Positions 1-8,271 of a DNA stretch of 64,000 nucleotides are shown here, in pieces. The translations under genes were made by a program, and so were the position numbers. Below the pieces are notes generated by a model. The model saw only the letters and a list, made by a program, of their open reading frames with translations, did no database searches and was not told where the DNA came from. The number at the start of each line of letters is the position of its first letter. The first letter of the stretch is position 1. This DNA comes from a virus: positions 64,001 to 128,000 of IMG/VR virus record IMGVR_UViG_3300045988_148900; one strand, written 5' to 3'.

Positions 1-711
1 TGACTGTAACTCTCCTCTTGCAGCCCGAGCTATAAGAGACGAATCAAAATTAATCAAACAACCTGCCTCTGCCATGCTAATATAGCTGCGAATAAATTTA
101 CCCGACATGGAATACTGCGAAACGGAAATCGGCTGATTACTCTCTATTACTGAAATCTCCTCCGCAGACAACACACGCGCCGACTCGCCTGCCCAACGCC
201 ACTGAAAACCATTATGTGCAGGACGAAGCCCTCTACAACACCGACAAATACTCGAATGATTGGAACCAGTCTGTGACGCGGCCTCCACCGCACTCTCGAA
301 CTGACCAACCAAACGACCAGCATAGTCATACTGCCAAACAGCCTTGGCCCTAAGTAACCCTAATGCATGGCGATCCTCAGCGGACGCCGCGGCCCACGTA
401 AAACCAATGCCTCCAGAAACTACATTGTAACCAAACGACGGATTAGTAGCCTTATAGAAATCAATAAAGTAAACCTCCTCATGGGCCAAAGAATCCAACA
501 AACTGACCACATCATCCATCTCAAAACGACGTAGAACTCGATACTCCCAAAGCTCAGGAGAATACTTCTTACGAGCAGCAGCTACCCTAAACCCAGAATA
601 AGAACCCGAACGAAACCAACATGCGCGACGTCTACGCTCATCGATAGTTATTCCAATATACACCTTCTCCTCCGGAGAAATGTACATATATACAACACCT
701 CTGTACTGCAT
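1..711 (-). CDS. GIY-YIG homing endonuclease (C-terminus beyond left window edge)
   Basis: Absent from the ORF track because no stop lies inside the window. My translation from the ATG (cat at 709-711) stays open for 237 codons to nt 1: MQYRGVVYMYISPEEKVYIGITIDERRRRACW (GVVY-x10-YIG-x6-R core). Two NUMOD/IENR1-like repeats follow (VWQYDYAGRLVGQFESAVEAASQTG; VSQYSMSGKFIRSYISMAEAGCLIN). Confidence 0.75.
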   Translation of the reverse strand, partial: MQYRGVVYMYISPEEKVYIGITIDERRRRACWFRSGSYSGFRVAAARKKYSPELWEYRVLRRFEMDDVVSLLDSLAHEEVYFIDFYKATNPSFGYNVVSGGIGFTWAAASAEDRHALGLLRAKAVWQYDYAGRLVGQFESAVEAASQTGSNHSSICRCCRGLRPAHNGFQWRWAGESARVLSAEEISVIESNQPISVSQYSMSGKFIRSYISMAEAGCLINFDSSLIARAARGELQS

Positions 712-786
712 AAAAAAAATCTGCAACAACAGCACAGCGTCCATTCCATACTGAAGTTGCAGACAAAACCATTCAAGAAAGAATGG
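712..786 (-). terminator. two tandem hairpins between SWIM gene and homing endonuclease
   Basis: Minus strand: CCATTC-N6-GAATGG (786-769) then TTTTG. Next TCTGCAAC-N28-GTTGCAGA (763-720) followed by T8 (719-712), which abuts the endonuclease ATG. Confidence 0.45.
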
Positions 787-848
787 TGATGACTATATCA
801 ACGTATACACTAAAATGGACGACGTGCTAACGTTAAACTTAACTGAAA

Positions 849-856
849 CAAAGATA
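849..856 (-). promoter_or_regulatory. host-type -7 box TATCTTTG
   Basis: Minus-strand TATCTTTG matches the Bacteroidota sigma-A -7 consensus TAnnTTTG. It lies after the SWIM gene stop and upstream of the endonuclease. Confidence 0.3.
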
Positions 857-882
857 ACATCTCCGAAGACAAAAAACAAATT

Positions 883-1542
883 TTATAGATCAATCTTTAT
901 GCGTTTGGCGGCAGCAGCTATTGCATCTGTCACCTCTTTGACTTGATCCATATTATTGGACCAATACTTTCTTAAGAACTTTGAAATCGAAGGAACCCAA
1001 AAAGGCAACGCCATACAAATCGCTCTGCAGTGCTTGCAGCTCGACTTGACCAATCTTGGATTCCTTATCTTAGGATAAGAGACCCGCCACGAACCAAATG
1101 CTGCATAATTATACTTAACAGCAACATACTGAAAAAAATAATAAAATGCAGCACAAGAGCAGTACAGTTTTATCCCCGAGTCCAGCAGCAGCTTATTCAG
1201 GTTCGTCCGCTTATTAACAATCAAGTCCGGACTCAAAGGATTGAACTGCAAAATGACCGTATACTTCTTACCCGGAGTAGTGACAGAGTTGCACTGAAAG
1301 CGAAGCTCGTTGGCAGCAGCGTCAATGCTAATAAGGTCAATGCCGTTGACCATCATGGAACGCTTCTTGACCTTTAGGAACTCCGTCTCCGAAAGTATCT
1401 TCTTATAAGTCGTCGTAGAGAGCTTAGACTCCGGCTTCATCCGAGACGACGGCTTAGGAAGGGTGCTTCCACTTTTACGAGTGGACGCATACTTCCGAGT
1501 ATTAGCCTTCGTGAGGCGAATTGGTTTATTAACCTTTGCCAT
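883..1542 (-). CDS. SWIM-type zinc-finger protein
   Basis: 219 aa, ATG verified. Basic N-terminus, then CSCAAFYYF...CKHC, a CxC...CxH SWIM pattern. Confidence 0.6.
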   Translation of the reverse strand: MAKVNKPIRLTKANTRKYASTRKSGSTLPKPSSRMKPESKLSTTTYKKILSETEFLKVKKRSMMVNGIDLISIDAAANELRFQCNSVTTPGKKYTVILQFNPLSPDLIVNKRTNLNKLLLDSGIKLYCSCAAFYYFFQYVAVKYNYAAFGSWRVSYPKIRNPRLVKSSCKHCRAICMALPFWVPSISKFLRKYWSNNMDQVKEVTDAIAAAAKRIKIDL

Positions 1543-1553
1543 AAAAACTGCTT

Positions 1554-3122
1554 CTACTCGGGAATAGCGGACGGAGCACCCGCGTCGGCAGCTCCGGCGG
1601 CTAAAGCAGCCCCAGCAGCTATCTCCTCAGCATCCATGCCTGCAGACGCTGCAGCCTCTGCGGCATCAAATCCCGGAGGAGTGGGAACATCTCCCGACGC
1701 GGAAGATTCGGACTCCAAGAGCCCCTCAGCGGCAGCCTGCTCGCGGTCAATAGCGTCAAACTTATCGTTCACGTACTTGCGAATCTCCTCAAGCCAACTC
1801 TGAATGGAATGAAGATTGGACGTATCATCCAACAAAGACTCCAAAGACGAAATGCGAGCTAAAGCCTCCTCGCGTGTCTCACTCGCATTCAAAGTATCAA
1901 AGAAGGCATTCGAGAAATCTGCAAAATTGGTGAGCGTATCAACAACATCTGAATCCTCGGACGTAGGAAGCTTCACGAGACGGAAAAAAACATCCGACTG
2001 CTCCAGAACATCTGCCGTAGACCGAAACCAATGATTGATAGTATCCTCCATCAAAGACCTACAAGACGCTACCATGCGAGAGTAACGAATATCACCTCTA
2101 ATCAACGAAACCGTGTTGGAGTCAAGCTGCTGATTGAAATCGGCATACGTCTTAGGAAAACGCATGGCAAGAAAAACGCGCCCAAGAGTGTAATCCAAGT
2201 CGGCCATCTCCTTGATATCAAAGGACGGAATATCCGTCACAATCTCAGGCTTACCAACACCCTTGCGATGAGGATGTACGGGAATGCCATCATCGAAACT
2301 CGCATTAGGCGTCATGGTAGTCTGTAACGACAGAGAATCTGCATTCAAAGTCTGAGAAATGTCATCAATAATCTCCTGAGTCCGATCACCCTGAGACGTG
2401 CCAACGTCAACCGTAGCAAACCTAACAACTCGAGCAAGCTTCTGACGATAACTATACATCGACCGCTCAACAGCGTACAAGTCCTGAGCTACAGAACTTA
2501 TATTCTTTAACTGAATAGGCTCCGGAATAACCCTATACTTAATCTCCGACCAATCAATTCCGTCAACATCCTCGGAACTCATATCTGACGTGATAATCTC
2601 CAAAGACGACTTCGAGTAATTCAAGAAGACCAATACATTCTCAAGAACGTGCCCATTACTATCATAAATGATAATAGTACCATCCCGACGCATATAAATA
2701 CCAACGTCCTCAATAAATGGAACAAGCTTAGCCTTCTTCCGGCGGGCAACAGCATCATCATATGTATGCAGAACATACATAGACAACCCCGTCTTCAAAA
2801 GATCAATAGCAGTCCACTTAGCAATACCATTCAAGGCGTCGCATAAGTCAGAAACACGCTGCCGCAAGACAACACTCTTGATAGTATCCAAACCCGAAAC
2901 ATAGACAGGAGAACTACCTATACAAACATCGTCGGCAGTAATGTCAACCATCGAGTTGATGAAGTCATGAGTCTCAATAGCATCAGCAATCCCTCCAGTC
3001 TGATTCACCGTCGACGACTGACCGTTAATACCCGTGTAAGTCTTACGAAGCGTGACACCCGGAGCAATGCCAAGAGTCCTGCCAATCATCAAACCAAAAG
3101 CCTGCAACGCGCCAGTATACAT
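1554..3122 (-). CDS. probable portal protein
   Basis: 522-aa ORF downstream of terL with an acidic/Ala-rich C-terminal tail. Size and position fit a portal, but no diagnostic motif is readable by eye. Confidence 0.5.
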   Translation of the reverse strand: MYTGALQAFGLMIGRTLGIAPGVTLRKTYTGINGQSSTVNQTGGIADAIETHDFINSMVDITADDVCIGSSPVYVSGLDTIKSVVLRQRVSDLCDALNGIAKWTAIDLLKTGLSMYVLHTYDDAVARRKKAKLVPFIEDVGIYMRRDGTIIIYDSNGHVLENVLVFLNYSKSSLEIITSDMSSEDVDGIDWSEIKYRVIPEPIQLKNISSVAQDLYAVERSMYSYRQKLARVVRFATVDVGTSQGDRTQEIIDDISQTLNADSLSLQTTMTPNASFDDGIPVHPHRKGVGKPEIVTDIPSFDIKEMADLDYTLGRVFLAMRFPKTYADFNQQLDSNTVSLIRGDIRYSRMVASCRSLMEDTINHWFRSTADVLEQSDVFFRLVKLPTSEDSDVVDTLTNFADFSNAFFDTLNASETREEALARISSLESLLDDTSNLHSIQSWLEEIRKYVNDKFDAIDREQAAAEGLLESESSASGDVPTPPGFDAAEAAASAGMDAEEIAAGAALAAGAADAGAPSAIPE

Positions 3123-3142
3123 ACAATCTCCATTTAAAAACT

Positions 3143-3174
3143 CAAACCAAAAGCGGCGGCACTAAACCGCCGCT
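3143..3174 (-). terminator. rho-independent terminator
   Basis: Minus strand AGCGGCGG-TTTAGTG-CCGCCGCT (perfect 8-bp stem) followed by TTTGGTTTG. Confidence 0.6.
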
Positions 3175-3181
3175 ATGAAAA

Positions 3182-3874
3182 CTAACCTATAACATTCGTG
3201 TGGCACTTGCCGTCCAACTCACTGAACTTGGCGTTCATGCGAGAACGAATAACTGCCGACGGACGCTGACCACCTCCCGTAAAGGTCCGAGACTTAATAA
3301 TATCCGACGCAGACATCTTAGCAACCTCGCTGCCACGAACAAAAGAGCCAGAACGCTCCGCGATAAGCTGAGACATACTAACTCGCTCACCCGGAGCATG
3401 CGACCCCGACCGAACCGCAACAATGTCCGAAACACAACCGCCACCAAAAGAATCTGACGACGCGGACGCAGGAGAAACATCTACAACACCTGCAGCTACC
3501 GGATCAGGAAAAGAAGCCATAATATCATCATCCGATACAGACACACCCGGCATATCCATAACAGAATCATCGGGAACAACATCTGAAGCAAACGATGTGT
3601 CATCCGACATCACATCCGCCATAGACTCACCACCTACAACAGGCGATACTGCCGGAATATCAGGAACTACCGCCGGAGCGGAATCCATAACAATGTCTTC
3701 GGGAACACCATCCCCAGCAGCAACCGTCGGCGAAACAAAAACATCCGACTCAGAAGAAACCGCAACAACTTCATCTGCCGACGAAGAAACACCTGAAACA
3801 ACATCTACCGAAACATCGGCAGACACACGAGCACCTTCCGTAGAATGTGCAGCTTTACGAGCTCGTCTAACCAT
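3182..3874 (-). CDS. acidic Ser/Asp/Val-rich protein
   Basis: 230 aa, low complexity (VSSSADEVVAVSSESDVFVSP...). ATG at 3874 lies 19 nt downstream of the phage motif, and a terminator follows the stop. Confidence 0.6.
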   Translation of the reverse strand: MVRRARKAAHSTEGARVSADVSVDVVSGVSSSADEVVAVSSESDVFVSPTVAAGDGVPEDIVMDSAPAVVPDIPAVSPVVGGESMADVMSDDTSFASDVVPDDSVMDMPGVSVSDDDIMASFPDPVAAGVVDVSPASASSDSFGGGCVSDIVAVRSGSHAPGERVSMSQLIAERSGSFVRGSEVAKMSASDIIKSRTFTGGGQRPSAVIRSRMNAKFSELDGKCHTNVIG

Positions 3875-3885
3875 AATACAAAAAT

Positions 3886-3907
3886 AATTTAACGGATATA
3901 TAATTGC
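3886..3907 (-). promoter_or_regulatory. phage-specific promoter-like motif GCAATTATATATCCGTTAAATT
   Basis: Exact consensus copy on the minus strand between the terL stop (3919) and the ATG at 3874. Confidence 0.5.
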
Positions 3908-3918
3908 TTAACGGAATC

Positions 3919-5913
3919 TCAGTCCGACGGCGCATCCATAGCATTCAAGATGTCCCAAACACCTCCTCGACGACGAGAACGCTGACTCATAGCAACAACA
4001 TCAGACGAGGTGAAAGACGAGCCTGTAGACGCTCGACCTGCAATCAAATCTCGCATCCGAGAGCTACCAACATCTGGAACATCCTCCGCATAACCAGAAA
4101 CCCGCGAAACGCCATGCCGACGATCGAAGGACATCCCCTCATAACCAAGACGCTTCATCATGCCCTCAATGCTCGTAGCACCACAAAGATTTATGCGACC
4201 ATCGTACAAGCTACTAAGGTCGCCATCCTGCGTACAAACCGTCTCCGACAAAAAGAAGGCACCAATGCAAGTCTGGAACTGGTCGTCTGTAGAACCATCG
4301 CGCTTAACAACACGATGCTTCGCAATATCATGAACAGCCTCACGAATCTCGGTATCCTGACGCTCCAAATACTGCATATGAATACGAGCATCGACAACCA
4401 TAGAAAGCCAAAGCAAATGCGGAATATCCGAACTATCCAAAGACATGCGAATATTCGGTAAATCCAGCCGCTCACAGACATTTTGTCGTAGCTGGGCGGA
4501 CTGGAATGCGTCGGAACTGAAAACAACGATATTTAGCCGATCTGCAAGCCAATAAAGCAAATCCTCAACCTTGGAAATCTTAAGCATCCCCGGAAACTGA
4601 GGAGGAACAAGATCCAAGTTGAAAACCTCCGAATGCTCAGCACGACCATCATCCATGAAACCGTCAAAGCGAACACAACACAACGACGCATGGTCGCCCG
4701 TCAAGGACAAGTCAAGGCACAAAGCATGCGGCCTATCCGTATCCACAAACTTACGCTCATCGAAAACAGAATTCAAAGGAACATCATCCTGATCCGAAAC
4801 AACAATGCTATCCTGAACCAAAGGACATGCCCGTCGAAGAGAATCAGAATAACAAGCCTTAACAGCGTCATAGTTCGTAATAAAACCTCCCTTAGACGCC
4901 GTAGACCGCCCACAATGGTTCTGAATAGCCAAGTAGATATTCTTCTTAAACTGAGGCTGCAAGTCAACTGGTACCTTCTCAAAGAACGACTGTGCCTTAG
5001 GACGCGGTAAACCAATAGAGCGAAGTAACGTATCCTTATGGGCCTTGCTCTGAACAACACAAGGTGACAACTGCTGATAACCACAGAAAACCTCGAACAT
5101 CTTCTTAGAATAGTTCTGGGGACAAATCTTATATTGAACAGCCGTGACAACTCGAGCATACGGATCATGCTCAAACTCCTCTATCTTCTGCTCTATAAAG
5201 GAAGACGCATAAGAAGCTGAGGAAATATAACAAGTAAACGAGATCAGCTTACCTCCTTCGCGAGTGAAACGTGAATGCATACGGTCCTCCAACTGCTGAG
5301 CCAAACGCTGAACCTCTGTATACTCGGACAACATACCATTGCCAACACCACTCCTAAAGTTTGCCTCGTCAAGAATAGCCCCAACAACATTCAAACCAAT
5401 AGCATGACTCTCTCCTGACGCAAACTCTATAGAAAAATTGTTGCCAAACTGGATAGACGACTGGATATCCTTCCGACGCGGAAAATGATTCTGAAACCAC
5501 GGAGCGTTATCTATCATCTGACGAAGCTGCTTAAAACCAGAACGCTCCGCGGCCTTCATCGAAACCGAAAAGTATAAAAAGTAAATAGGAGTGCCACGCA
5601 AAATGCCAAAGTAGCTATACAAGTCGCCCTGCATAAACCACCGATACAACCGATAGCAAACAATCATATTAGCGTAGCTCGACTTGCCCGATCCCAGAGA
5701 CCCAGTCAATATCAGCGAATTAACATCAGAACTCGTCCGCTTAGCCTCCTCTAACCAAAAAGGATAGACTCCCTCCAATGCCATATACTGAGGATCGGTA
5801 AGAAACGTGTAGAAATCTACAAGCTCATCCTCCCCGGCACCCAAGAAGTCCTTGACCGCAGAAACCACAGACCCTCCACTACGCTGCTTAAGTATATCGT
5901 CTATCCGACCCAT
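3919..5913 (-). CDS. terL: terminase large subunit
   Basis: Walker A LTGSLGSGKSSY, Walker B GAILDEANF, and a C-terminal domain of nuclease size. The track start at 5934 is TTG. The first ATG is 5913 (MGRIDDILKQ). Confidence 0.85.
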   Translation of the reverse strand: MGRIDDILKQRSGGSVVSAVKDFLGAGEDELVDFYTFLTDPQYMALEGVYPFWLEEAKRTSSDVNSLILTGSLGSGKSSYANMIVCYRLYRWFMQGDLYSYFGILRGTPIYFLYFSVSMKAAERSGFKQLRQMIDNAPWFQNHFPRRKDIQSSIQFGNNFSIEFASGESHAIGLNVVGAILDEANFRSGVGNGMLSEYTEVQRLAQQLEDRMHSRFTREGGKLISFTCYISSASYASSFIEQKIEEFEHDPYARVVTAVQYKICPQNYSKKMFEVFCGYQQLSPCVVQSKAHKDTLLRSIGLPRPKAQSFFEKVPVDLQPQFKKNIYLAIQNHCGRSTASKGGFITNYDAVKACYSDSLRRACPLVQDSIVVSDQDDVPLNSVFDERKFVDTDRPHALCLDLSLTGDHASLCCVRFDGFMDDGRAEHSEVFNLDLVPPQFPGMLKISKVEDLLYWLADRLNIVVFSSDAFQSAQLRQNVCERLDLPNIRMSLDSSDIPHLLWLSMVVDARIHMQYLERQDTEIREAVHDIAKHRVVKRDGSTDDQFQTCIGAFFLSETVCTQDGDLSSLYDGRINLCGATSIEGMMKRLGYEGMSFDRRHGVSRVSGYAEDVPDVGSSRMRDLIAGRASTGSSFTSSDVVAMSQRSRRRGGVWDILNAMDAPSD

Positions 5914-6034
5914 ACATCTAAAGAAAAGCCCCAAAGGAGGAGGGCCTGCACTCCCTCACTCCCCGGAGCAATACACATCCATCAATCTAATCTACTATCT
6001 GGCGAAATCCTCGTGCAGAAGGACTATATAAAAA

Positions 6035-6559
6035 CTAAGAACGCAAGTCAGCCAAGAAGTCATTAAGACCCGATAAATGATCATACTCGTCCGCCTGAAT
6101 CTCCTTAACCAGCCGCTCCGTCGTGTAGTCACCCAAATCCCGAGACAAATCAATAATCCGCTGATAATGACGAATAGCGCACTCCTCGGACTCGATATTC
6201 TGCTCCAGTATAGGAACGAGCTCCGAAACATTCTCCGGCGTGTGATACTCACACTCAGCTGTCGACTGAATATTGGCAAAGTCGAAAATGTGCGTCGGAA
6301 CATACTGAAGCTCATTCATACGATTGAGAAGCTTCACAAAATGATCATCAAGCTCATCTTTAGCTGTAGCATTGAAAAACTCCTCGATATTGGCTCGCTC
6401 CTGACCCACAAGATAAGGAGAGACGACACGATAAGCGTAAAAAGCGAGAATTTCTTCTGCCGCTGCAATTTCGAGCTCATTGCAAATAGACAGACGAGAC
6501 TCGTCGGGCAAAATATCATCTAACGAGTCGGAAATATACGAAGCAAAATCCCTGACCAT
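6035..6559 (-). CDS. bacterioferritin-like (ferritin-like di-iron) protein
   Basis: C-terminal 174 aa of track ORF 6035..6865, starting at the ATG at 6559. The helices align by eye with Bfr: AAEEILAFYAY / KDELDDH / ESEECAIRHY / EIQADEYDHL (ExxH ligand motifs). Confidence 0.65.
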   Translation of the reverse strand: MVRDFASYISDSLDDILPDESRLSICNELEIAAAEEILAFYAYRVVSPYLVGQERANIEEFFNATAKDELDDHFVKLLNRMNELQYVPTHIFDFANIQSTAECEYHTPENVSELVPILEQNIESEECAIRHYQRIIDLSRDLGDYTTERLVKEIQADEYDHLSGLNDFLADLRS

Positions 6560-6601
6560 ATTATAAAAAGATATATCCGGTAAACCCACATTGAATTTAC
6601 T

Positions 6602-6615
6602 GGATATATAATTGA
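6602..6615 (-). promoter_or_regulatory. phage promoter-like motif copy (TCAATTATATATCCAGTAAATT)
   Basis: Minus-strand copy 42 nt upstream of the ATG at 6559 and just after the stop of gene 6630..7430. Confidence 0.4.
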
Positions 6616-6629
6616 TTGTCCCATGCAAG

Positions 6630-7430
6630 CTACAGGTCGGCAAACTCGTCGAAATCCGACACACCACTCGACGCAGGAGTAGAACTAACAGACTCCGCAA
6701 CACCCGGAATCGACGAATCGAAGCCATCAATAACAGGAGGTTCCGGTAGAGTAATACCAGCCGGAGCAGGCTCCAAATAATCAGCAGGCTCATCAGTAGC
6801 CTTAGGCTCAATAGCATCCTGACGAGGAGCAACCGTCTTGCCTTTAGGCTTACGAACCTTCTCATCCGGAACCGCAGTAGTCGACGTGCCTACAACATCG
6901 GCAGGCTGCACAGCCGAGAATTCATCATAAGAAACATGATCCTCCGAATCAGCGGAACCAGCAGGAGCGTCGAAGCCATTCTCCGAACCAAACTCACGCT
7001 CAATAATAGCTACGAAACGATCCTTCTCCTCACGAGTCTTGAGACTCGAGAAAAGAGCAAGCAACCGACGATCCTCAGGAGAGAACGTGTCCTCAGGGAA
7101 CAACGACTTGCCCTGAGCAATCTTAGCCTCCAACTTCACAACCTCAAGAACGCGCTTCATGAGAATGTCGTACTCAACAGAACACTCCACACGAGTAAGC
7201 GTAGGCAACTCCTCAACAAGAAGAGTGTTGTAACGCTCATCCAAAGCACGCATCAAAGACATGCTCTCCTCAGCCATACTATGCATCTTCTGCAACGCAG
7301 AACAAGCCATAGTAGAGACCCCAAGCTGAACCGCCCGAAGCGCAACTCCCTGAGCCTGCTCGGACTCCATACCAAGACGTACCAACTGCTCCAAGTTCAT
7401 AACAGGAGCCAAAGACTTATTATCCTCCAT
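6630..7430 (-). CDS. hypothetical protein
   Basis: 266 aa, ATG verified. Helical N-half and acidic Pro-rich C-half. Tightly packed between the sigma-like gene and the ferritin-like gene. Confidence 0.65.
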   Translation of the reverse strand: MEDNKSLAPVMNLEQLVRLGMESEQAQGVALRAVQLGVSTMACSALQKMHSMAEESMSLMRALDERYNTLLVEELPTLTRVECSVEYDILMKRVLEVVKLEAKIAQGKSLFPEDTFSPEDRRLLALFSSLKTREEKDRFVAIIEREFGSENGFDAPAGSADSEDHVSYDEFSAVQPADVVGTSTTAVPDEKVRKPKGKTVAPRQDAIEPKATDEPADYLEPAPAGITLPEPPVIDGFDSSIPGVAESVSSTPASSGVSDFDEFADL

Positions 7431-7439
7431 GAAAAAAAA

Positions 7440-8000
7440 CTAAATATTATTGCAAAAATCTACCATCATATCCAAAACAGCCTCCGTAGCCTCCAACTCC
7501 GACTGTCGCTTATGAAGACCACGCTGGCAAAACACAAGCAACGACGGCACTAAACGCCGCGGAACATCAATACGTGAGAAACCAGCATCGCCAGAAAGAT
7601 AAGGAAGCAAATCGGAAAGCTCCGACGGTACAATCTCCGGAACCTTACCCTTCGACGGCGAAACAGACTCAAGCCTATCTTCACGGTTCAATCTACGTAA
7701 CAAATTGCCAGCCTCATTGCGAATCATCGTATAAAGATAATTATACGGTGACATCGACTTATCGAAACGATCGTGACGCTCCATAATAGTCATCAAAGCC
7801 TGACTACGCAAATCGTCAAAGTCCTGATAATACTTGCCAAAGTGAGTATTCAAAACAATACTGATAACCTTGTGAATCTCGTCAAGCTCCCGAGACGTAA
7901 CCTCAGAAACAGGATGAAGATAAAACTGAAGAAGTATCTTCTTATCTATCGCAACACGAGCGGTAGAAGAACTGACAAGTATCTCTGACGAATCACACAT
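7440..8000 (-). CDS. sigma-70 region-2-like protein (gp55-like size and architecture)
   Basis: 186 aa. DDLRSQALMTIMERHDRFDKSMSPYNYLYTMIRNEAGNLLRR follows the sigma-70 region 2 pattern. No recognisable region-4 HTH. Confidence 0.55.
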   Translation of the reverse strand: MCDSSEILVSSSTARVAIDKKILLQFYLHPVSEVTSRELDEIHKVISIVLNTHFGKYYQDFDDLRSQALMTIMERHDRFDKSMSPYNYLYTMIRNEAGNLLRRLNREDRLESVSPSKGKVPEIVPSELSDLLPYLSGDAGFSRIDVPRRLVPSLLVFCQRGLHKRQSELEATEAVLDMMVDFCNNI

Positions 8001-8245
8001 GGCTGTAGTAACTTTTTAAGTAATCCAAAACTCGAAAACGTGTGGTCCTATCAGCTAAAGGCCACCAATAAACACACTTCAACTCCTCTTTATGAACATG
8101 AGGCTTACATCGGTAATCTACAGTAGTCCACGTGCGGGGCTTGAATGAACTCGTAAGATGCGGACGTGTAAACTCCTCTATGACATCGGACGTCTTTAAC
8201 AACGACGGCAACCAAAAAGGCCGTGTATCATCAAAAGATAAACAC
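7993..8245 (-). pseudogene. 3' part of a phage ORF split by the tnpB element
   Basis: Reading frame ...CLSFDDTRPFWLPSLLKTSDV...YYSHV* continues the frame of 9509..9630 once the element and one TSD copy are removed. Confidence 0.7.
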
Positions 8246-8271
8246 AGGTGATTATATACAATTCTACACTG
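8246..8271. repeat. terminal inverted repeat, tnpB 3' side (copy A)
   Basis: AGGTGATTATATACAATTCTACACTG. Includes the tnpB stop codon and is identical to the copy B repeat at 50837-50862. Confidence 0.8.

Noticed and set aside
3423-4461. Plus-strand track ORFs, e.g. 3423..3887, 3904..4461, 10089..10565, 17440..17877, 20593..21321 and 47481..48071.
   Set aside because: They lie antisense to longer minus-strand genes with recognisable motifs. Their low-complexity T/R/N/K/I-rich products are expected from an A/C-rich strand. None has upstream promoter-like signals.
5919-5962. Terminator after the ferritin-like gene (GGAGTGAGGGAG..CCCTCCTCC followed by TTTGGGGCTTTTCTTT).
   Set aside because: The stem is imperfect with a bulge and overlaps the region just upstream of the terL ATG. 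Plausible, but too weak to list as a feature.
6560-6865. N-terminal 102 codons of track ORF 6035..6865.
   Set aside because: They overlap gene 6630..7430 in another frame. The product is L/R-rich low complexity, and a motif copy plus an ATG at 6559 give a better start for the ferritin-like domain.
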